64,000 bases of DNA from Octopus vulgaris (taxonomy: Eukaryota): NCBI GenBank assembly GCA_951406725.2, contig OX597817.1:21762001-21826000 (forward strand), written 5' to 3'. This document shows positions 54,865-64,000 of the stretch, one piece after another. A model generated the notes under the pieces. That model searched no databases and was not told the origin of the DNA. It saw only the letters and a list, made by a program, of their open reading frames with translations. Numbering within the stretch: position 1 is the first letter of the stretch; every line of letters starts with the position of its first letter. The translations under genes were made by a program, and so were the position numbers.

Positions 54865-55065
54865 AACGGTTTGCCGGACAAAAGACTTAGCGACATTTCG
54901 TCCGACATCACCTTCTGAGTACAAATGTCGCCGGAGTCGAATGTGGCTTTCGTCATTTCGGGGTCAATAAAATAAGTACAAGTTGAACACTGGTGTCGAT
55001 TACATCCACTTCGACCCTCCTCCGAAATTGTTAGCCTTGTGCCAAAAATTCGAAACCAATATATC
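54865..55065 (-). mobile_element. Degenerate SINE family A monomer
   Basis: The family A core 'gagtcga...ggctttcgtcatttcggggtcaataaaataagtac' is recognisable; strand assignment is uncertain because the core reads on +. Confidence 0.5.
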
Positions 55066-56057
55066 ATAATGGAACAAGTAAAATAATATGCATTAAAGAC
55101 ATAAATATTACCGAGTTATGAGATATATTACTTTTTTTCTTTCTAGTCTATAAAAGTTGTAGAAATATTATTCTAGTGAAAAAACTAAAAGATGGGGAAA
55201 ATAAAGTGTGATGGGAATGATTTAAGTAGGAGATAAAATTTTGCTTTCATCTTTAGTTTTTAGCAGGCAGAATTCGTTCTCTGTTGAATATTTCTATGAC
55301 ACGTTTCCGGGGGTATTTTCTTTGGTTTTGTTTTTGTTTCTGTGTGTGTGTTTTTTTGTATTTTTTTTACTTACATATATACATGTTGTACATATATATA
55401 TATATATATATATAGTACTTAATAAATAACAGAACCGTTTCAATGGGAAAATATTTTCTATTTTTAAAGTATTACTTTACCAAATACATAGAGCCATTCA
55501 ATGGGAACCGCTGTATTTCTCTAATTGTTCCCATCGTCATTCTTTCGCCATTTCTCTTGGTTTTCAGGTTGAAAGTAATAAACATACATACACATAAATG
55601 CATTCATGCATACATGTACGTGTGTGTAATGATTAATTGATTATATACAGTTTTATTATACCATTTTAGTATATTACCGTACTGCATTATATTATCACAT
55701 TACAGGCAATATGTATTTGGTTTCAGTAATTTCCTGTTTGAAGTGGTGAATAATGTTGTACTACAATGGTCATCAGTGTTATGCGCTTCCATCACTATAA
55801 AGCATAGACAGAATAAAAATTACTTTGATAAATACATCAGGCGCTTAAGTGATTAGTAGAGTGATAGAGAGGTTACCATCACAAGTGATGTAAACTGTAT
55901 TTGAGCAATCCCTTTAAATCTAAGTGCGTTAGTAATGCAATTATCCACCTATTAACGAAATGTGAAGGGAGTGTCCTTCAAGAGAGGTCAGAGATATCTT
56001 CCTTTCTTCAAAACACAATATATATATAACGACTAAACAAATATATATATATAAATA

Positions 56058-56089
<32 letters not shown>

Positions 56090-56570
56090 CGATAGTACAC
56101 ATATGCACACACACGTACACATATAAGCTAGTTTAGATCGCTTATTCATATTTGACATTTAGCAAATACAGCCAGAAACCACTGATATTTATTTCCATTA
56201 TTACAACTGTATACAGTTAATGGTATTAAATACTTTTCAGCGCATCGTACACCTCTAATTCAGTTGCACATACTCTAATGAATATAAACTTATCTGAGGG
56301 CAGCGGAAAGGAAATGTAAGATCATTAGAGAGTCGAATAAAATACTTACTGATACGTAGCTACGGCTCTTTCTCATTCGAGTTCAAGTCGCGCGGATTTT
56401 GTGACTGAAATCATGCTGCACCAATCAGGTACTGGAGGTAATGTAATTAATAATCCCATCTACGTGTCATAAATCAGTTTCAATTTTTGTATTGCGATAT
56501 CATACGTACGTATGTATATGTAGATATACAATACCGCACAGAAGTACAAGTACACACAGATATACATACA

Positions 56571-56604
<34 letters not shown>

Positions 56605-57168
56605 CATACATACGTACATACATACATACATACATACATGCATACATATACACACGTGTTCGCTCACATACACATATAAGAATACATGAATGTATGTATG
56701 TTTCAGTTTGTTTGTTATTTGCTCGCTCAATACGTCTGAGCTCCACAGGCAAACTGGAACGCACTTGCACAGTGAGTGGATAAATATTTTCAATTAATAT
56801 AGAAGTTAACAGAATTTTCTCTCAAAAGAAAAGGAAAACAATTTCAATATATTGTGAATTATATTTGTGAATATAATTCATTTACAAGCTTAGGAGAGAA
56901 TCCCATATTTGTTAGCAGACCTGTTAACTTAGACCAATACCTTGGCTAAATACTTTAAATATAGAAAAAGAATTTGCAAAGGATGTTGGGTCACAGAGAT
57001 TTTCTATATACAAAAGAATCTACTAAAAGTTTTACTTCACCAAAATTCTACGTAAATCCTTTTGTGTATATATATATATATATATATGTAAAATGGTAAG
57101 ATAACAAAAGAAAGAAAGAGACCTCAATATTATGTAAATAGAGGAAATTTATCTATACAATAATATGT

Positions 57169-57211
57169 TACATTACTCGATAGTCAAGATAATTATCTTG
57201 ACTATCGAGTA

Positions 57212-57216
<5 letters not shown>
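57169..57216. repeat. Perfect 48-bp palindrome with no spacer
   Basis: tacattactcgatagtcaagataa|ttatcttgactatcgagtaatgta. Confidence 0.97.
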
Positions 57217-57300
<84 letters not shown>

Positions 57301-57364
57301 AGAATAATCACATGAATGCAAAACAAGGTGGGTAAATAGTACACGAAAACCAGAGGTGGAGTAG

Positions 57365-57539
57365 TATGCTTTATTAAAAAGCAGCAAAAACATCACAAAA
57401 AAAACTGTTACTCAGAGTTTTATGTTCCCGTTCGTCTGACAGTTTTGTTTAAATTCTACAAAAACTCTCCGACCAACAGAAACGTGAAACTCTGTGTAAC
57501 AGTTTTTGTGAAATTTTTTATCCTTTTTAATAAAGTATG
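57365..57539. repeat. ~80-bp inverted repeat whose arms each carry a hammerhead-like motif
   Basis: Arms about 57365-57447 and 57459-57539; arm consensus aaaactgt-C(C/A)GACGA-ACG(ggaa)CGT-GAAAC-tctga-GTA-acagtttt. Confidence 0.8.
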
Positions 57540-57547
57540 CATGTGTA

Positions 57548-57590
<43 letters not shown>

Positions 57591-59984
57591 GCAGATACAC
57601 ACAAAGAAACACACACACACATAAATCTCTGAGAAATGATCAATAAGATTTGAATTCGGGTAGGCTTCGCAGACGATATTCAATAATCCGAAACATGCAT
57701 ATCTTTTATCCGCCCTACTAACAATGATGAGATTTTCTCCTAAGCCTCTAGATTAATTTTGAGAAGTTAATTCATATTATCTTGAAAGTAGCTTCCTTTT
57801 TCTTAGAGGGAAACTGTCTCTCAGATGACAGCAGTATAAATTTGGGTGACAGTAATGTATTAGCTATGAATAAATTCCTATAGAAAAGAAAATGATTACA
57901 AAAATATTAAAAGGAGATGCGTTTATGGTAAGGTACTAGAAACGAAATAGTAAAATTAGGTCTGCCTGACCCACTCATTTTTAGTATGGGATGCATGTGT
58001 TTGAATTCCAAATAGATTATCAATTTCCATGAAATGCAGTTTCTTATGAACTAAAAGTAGCATTAATCGGTTATTGTTTTTTTCTGTTGGTGTAATTACA
58101 AATGATACAATTGTCGTTTCTGTTGGGTTTGTGAATATGAGGATCATTAGGATATATATATGCCTGTCAATGATTTGATGATCATTGTCGCTGAGACAAT
58201 GCTGGTTTCCTCGTTTTTTGGTGACGGTGGTTGTAATGTAACATGTCACCATGGTTGCTTTTATTTCTGATTTGCTTTAAAGTCAGTTCTGATTTAGCTG
58301 GCATATACCCAAAAGCATTGCAGATCTAAACAACTTAATTTTCTCAGCAATAATGTATCTAAGACTTAAGTATAAATTCTGAACTTTTTTATGTATATTA
58401 TTTAATAAGAAGTTATTTAATAAAAGTTACCATTTCTAGCGGTTCTGCGTCTTTACCTAGCATTCTACATAACATCGACGTCCATGGCTGTAATAGTGGC
58501 GTAACGATGATGTCTGTTATTTAGCCTTAGATCAGGTTCTATCAGATCTAGGTGATGACCATCAAAGTATTTTGCTTTCAGTCACAATATTGTCTACTGT
58601 ATTAAGATTTTAATATTTGATTTCAACGAAATTTGATTGCTATTTCTGGCACACTGAATAACACCTTAAAGATCCGCCACTGAAATATTTCGACTTAAGT
58701 ATTAACAAGAGTGGACAATTGATTTTTCTGTTCCTAACAGGTAATATGGGTGCTCTCTTCAATAAATTTGATTCACGCCGGATCAGATATATCTTCAATA
58801 CCAGTTCTTCAATAGAAGATCGCAAGCCAACAATCCATCGAAGAGAGGCAGGCCCACCTGCACGGCCATACAAACAATCCTCGATTCTTGAATTGCCAGG
58901 CTTAAAGTTTCTGGAAATTAATCCCTATCCCTGGCCTCAAAATCTTCCCGAGGACACTTTTCGTACTTTCCTCGTCGAGGCAAGTGATGGTTTCCAGATC
59001 ATAGTTATTCATATCTTCCACAAAACTCTATGCGTCGATGTTGTATGAACTGCTTTCCCAGCAGCTAGAATATATTGATGGGTTGATAAATATTCAGAAC
59101 AAAAGCATGGTCTTTCATATGCCACTGATCCAGAACAGAACCAGTAGCATTTGAGTAGGCGGGTGAGACAATTGCATCAACTTGGCTGGTACTTATCGAA
59201 CCAGAAAGAATGAAAAGCATACGTGACCACGTCAGAATTTTTCGAGTATATTATGCTGCAAAAAATTGTTGTTGTACAGTATATTAAGACGTTATATGTT
59301 GTGAAAATATACGCCTATCATCGAACAATTTTTCGTAAGAGACAGATATTTGAAATCACTGTATACCTTTGTAAACGCATTGAAGTAATTGGAATGTTTT
59401 CTTTTGGAGATATAGTGCGGGAAACACAGGAATTTTGCCAAATATCTTCTCTTGATATCACGACCAAAGCAGTTCCAGAATAATGCCTTAAACCACATTG
59501 CTCACAGAGAAGATTCTTTTTATCAATTTCATTCTGTCAATCTTGTATTCGTGTTACCATTCTATTACCATATCCCAGAAGCTATATGGTTTATGGCATA
59601 AAACGGAAACTGTTGTGCTGCAGAAACTGTTGTGAATGGCGTTTTTAACAGAATCCTTAATCTTAAATGGATCAGGAATTGAAGTGTAGATACTGAAAGT
59701 ATTAGTATCCATGATACTCAAAATATTCTTATATTCTTTTATTCTTTTAATTGCTTCAGGCATGCTAAAACATAACTGCAGCAATGGTGTAAGTTTAGTT
59801 AACCCTAACAATAGCACTCACTTTATGGTGCTAACTATTCATTCAGAAACACATACATACATACATGCATGCATACATACATACCTACATTCATACATAT
59901 ATACATGCATGCATACATACATATATACATGGATACATACAGAAATATGTAGAACCAACATTGAACATTGTTTTAAAGAGACTT

Positions 59985-60448
<464 letters not shown>

Positions 60449-61988
60449 TTTATTCTACACGCGCCCCCCACCACCACGTACATACATGTATGTATGTGTT
60501 TCCGGGTGAATAGATAGTACTGTACAGCGAGTGCTAAACCTACAAGCAAAGTTTTATTCTTATTGCAGTCACTTGCTAATACGTAGCATTTATTAAATTT
60601 ACGAGAACCATGACCACGACACGTCACTTATCACTGTCCTCGTGCAATCATCAACGGCCGTACTGAATCACTGTAGGGAACGTCAAATATTTGGGCTATC
60701 TTCGTTGCATTTCTATGTAGTATAAGCAATCATATCCACGAGTGAAGCTTAAAGTAAAAATATTAATGAGATTTTCTCATTGGACGTAAATTCTTATTCA
60801 GTCGTTAACTGAGACATCACTTTCTTGCTCTCCATGGAGCGGTGTTCGCTAATGGCATTAAATACGACCAATTTAATGACATCTAATCAAAACTGCTCAA
60901 CGACTAATCATTGATAAACATTCTATGCGAGATGTATATTGACACCTGAATAGCGAGGCAAGGGTAGTGAATAGCATTACGGAATCATGTTGATACTCTT
61001 ACACCCACTGAACTTGTGTTATCTATTATATATGCTACTACTGTCAATTGGAGTTTTACCGTGATTTAATTCACTGAATCCATATTATCTTGTATTACCG
61101 TGTCCTCGTACATTGATTTACTTGATTTCAAATTCACTGAAGGCGTAATGGTATTTATGATTTATCATAGTAGCTTATAATTGGATATAGTATTTGAACA
61201 CGACTGCTGCGCTGCATATGGCATGGCCCTGTGATATAATGGGATTTAGCGATACATCATCTAAGTGTAATATAATTGCATCTTGTTTTACATGATTTCA
61301 ATGTTTAGTAATATGATTTATAAATACCGCGGTGATAGAATTTCCTTACGGTGTTTACAAATATATGATAACCCTTGTCTACAATTGTAAATGAACTTAG
61401 GATGTCAAACCAATGAAACTCGTAAATAACTCTTTGTCAACTGTGCAAATTCATGTCACGTAAATTTGTGAAAATAACAACGATATTTCGTTTGTCGCTA
61501 ATGAAATTTACATAATAGGGTGACAGTGACGGGATTGGCAAAGGGTAACTTATTTGACACAAAATACTGTGTATTCACAGGGATGTGAAGATGATTATTC
61601 CTTTTTGGTATGCTGTGTAATATAGTCTGACTAGAATATTATAGACAGAGCAATAGTGTTGAATGCAATGAATGAACAAAACACGCTCGTGGAGGTGCAC
61701 AATTAGAGGTCATGAGTGCATCACCCTAATTTCTTAACCGCGTTATAGGACATATATATTTATTGTTTTTTTTAAAATGATATATTTACTCATCTCCACA
61801 TTTCCGTTATTCGTAAAGAATTATTTCCGAAAAGCAGCATAATTCTTAGAATTTAAAACAGTTAAGTTACTTTCTTGGCTATTAGGCACTTATATGCATT
61901 TGAACTTGGATTTCATATGTAATTTTACGAAATTTAGCAAAACCATACTGTCATCATGTTCGATATGACGTTGCAAAACTTTTGCTGA

Positions 61989-62391
61989 TCTTTATATATA
62001 AAAGTAAGGTTGTGTGCTGTCTGTCTCCTACGATCTAGATTCCTAACTACTCCCACGTTTTGCGGTGCAGTTTAACCAAAACCGGGTATCTTATAGTCGT
62101 GATTCATATCGAGCCCTTCTGGGTATTAGCGTGCGTCTACGATGAGTCTACGATTTAAAAAAAAATTACCATAATTTTTTTCCATTTTAATGCATTGTTT
62201 TCGCTATTATATAAGGGAAGTAACTCTCTAAAAATGTCTACGATGAGTCAACGATTTAAAAAAAAATTACCATCATTTTTCTTCCATTTTTAATGCATTT
62301 TTTTTTTGCTATTTTTTGGCTATAACTCTCTAAAAATGCTTATATAGTTATTTCCCTTACAAACCCGAGCAACGCCGGGCGATACTGCTAG
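61989..62391 (+). mobile_element. Non-autonomous Helitron, copy 2
   Basis: a|TCTTTATATATAAAAG ... cccgagcaacgccggg hairpin ... gatactgCTAG|t; aligns end to end with 37554-37928. Confidence 0.88.
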
Positions 62392-63106
62392 TTATTTATA
62401 AACAGAAATGGTACTTATGGAATATCTTTCTGAAATTATCTTTCCTGGGTTTTCTTTATATCATTTCGTTGTATGCAAATGTAACAGAAAACTTGCGCGT
62501 GTGTGTTGTCCCTGGGAATAAGATATATTTGGTAGCATGGTCATAGAGTCACTGCATGATGGATATTAAAAAGGAGGATAAGTGAGAGTGTGAGAAATAG
62601 ACAGGTGCTAAAAAATTTAACGTTACGTTAATAGTATGCGCGCATTCGTTGTGTATATGTGTGTGTATTAGTGATATGTTCTGTTTCGTTGCTATGTTCT
62701 GTATGTAATTGATTGTAAAACGATAAGCGTGGGTCAGAGTTATCTTACAGTCATTTGTACATATTGATCTCTTAGTGTTTCAATAATAACGGTTTCCCAG
62801 AGACAGGCATTTTATATCAATGAAATATTAATCCCATATTTACTCCTCCTTTCCTTTTCGAGATGTTACATTGACGTGAGAAGATGTGATGCTAGTTCTA
62901 TAGACTGAGCGACTGGATACGCGCACGTTCGTTGGTCTGTTAAACAGAATTTTAAGTTACGGGTGCAAAATGAATTAGTACAACAAGATAATTTGACTCA
63001 GAATATCACATATTCTTTTGTAGGACAATCTTCCCCTCATCAAATTTGCCCTACAACGTATTCATAAACAAACATAAGGTTTATAGTAGGTGATATATAC
63101 CCAAAA

Positions 63107-63492
63107 GCGGCGAGCTGGCAGAAACGTTAGCATGCCGGGCGAAATGCTGAGCGGTATTTCGTCTGCCGCTACGTTCTGAGTTCAAATTACTCCGTGGTCG
63201 ACTTTGCCTTTCATCCATTCGGGGTCGATTAAATAAGTACCAGTTACGCACTGGGGTCGATATAATCGACTTAATCCGTTTGTCTGTCCTTGTTTTCCTC
63301 TCCGTGTCTAGCCCCTTGTAGGTAGTAAAGAAATAGGTATTTCCTACGTCGCTACGTTCAAATTCCGCCGAGCTCGACTTTGCCTTTCATCATTTTGGGA
63401 TCGATAAATTAAGTACCAATTATGTACTGGGGTCGATCTAATCGACTAGCCCCGTCCCCAGAATTTGAGGCATTGTCGCTTTAGTAGAAAGG
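63107..63492 (+). mobile_element. tRNA-derived SINE family A, dimeric form
   Basis: Same two-unit structure as 9545-9937; flanking direct repeat atataccc (63095-63102 and 63493-63500). Confidence 0.87.
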
Positions 63493-64000
63493 ATATACCC
63501 CATTTAGAGCGATCAAATATAATGTTTCGGAAATTTGATTTTTAACCTGTTCAAACAACCATATTTCTGTCTCCATGTATATCTCTCCATTTGTATATCT
63601 ATTATTACACACCCAATTACGGAAATATATAAACACAAACTTACATATACATACAAAGTATATATTGAGTTTGTGTAAATGATTACTATTATGATTATAT
63701 TTATACGTTCATACGTTAATTTCGTATGTATATATGCACTGCTCCTATTACCCGAACACAAACCTAAATACATTCATATACAATAATAGCAGACGTTAAT
63801 AAACTTATATAAACTAATAAAGGAAAACAGATTTCATTATATTTCATTAGAGATAAAAAAAATAAAAAAATAGAAAAGATATAACAAATACACAAAACAA
63901 AAAAAGCAAACAGCAATACAAAGCTAAAACAATGTCCCCAATAATATTTCCAATCAAATAATAAGAACGAGGGACATTAGTATTGAAAGTATTTCTCTAA

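Noticed and set aside
58741-59048. Possible alternative terminal exon (ttcctaacag|GT, phase-compatible with the Ig exon; 109-aa ORF)
   Set aside because: The peptide has no Ig features, phase match is a 1-in-3 chance, and the minus strand looks like a decayed LINE ORF1.

Overview
AT-rich, microsatellite-saturated eukaryotic (animal) DNA. The repeat landscape suggests a cephalopod such as Octopus; this is an inference from the repeat types, not proven. Only one convincing host coding exon is visible: a 205-bp + strand exon (46957-47161) encoding the second half of an Ig V/I-set domain of a lachesin/IgLON/DIP-like cell-adhesion protein, so the rest of the window is probably very long intron. 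Everything else is transposon-derived or simple repeat. This includes a young, 5'-truncated R4/Dong-clade non-LTR retrotransposon with an unbroken RT+CCHC+restriction-like-endonuclease ORF sitting inside a (TAA)n tract, about ten older Dong-like 3' fragments mostly beside (TAA)n tracts, three tRNA-derived SINE families, two copies of a non-autonomous Helitron, a Tigger-like MITE, and fossils of hAT-Buster, L1/Tx1 and possibly CR1/L2. The least expected signal is a set of minimal hammerhead-ribozyme-like motifs (three unrelated families, two of them in inverted-repeat pairs, one with a U3-A8 covariant core), resembling Penelope-type repeats. Nearly all short ORFs in the track are microsatellite translations.
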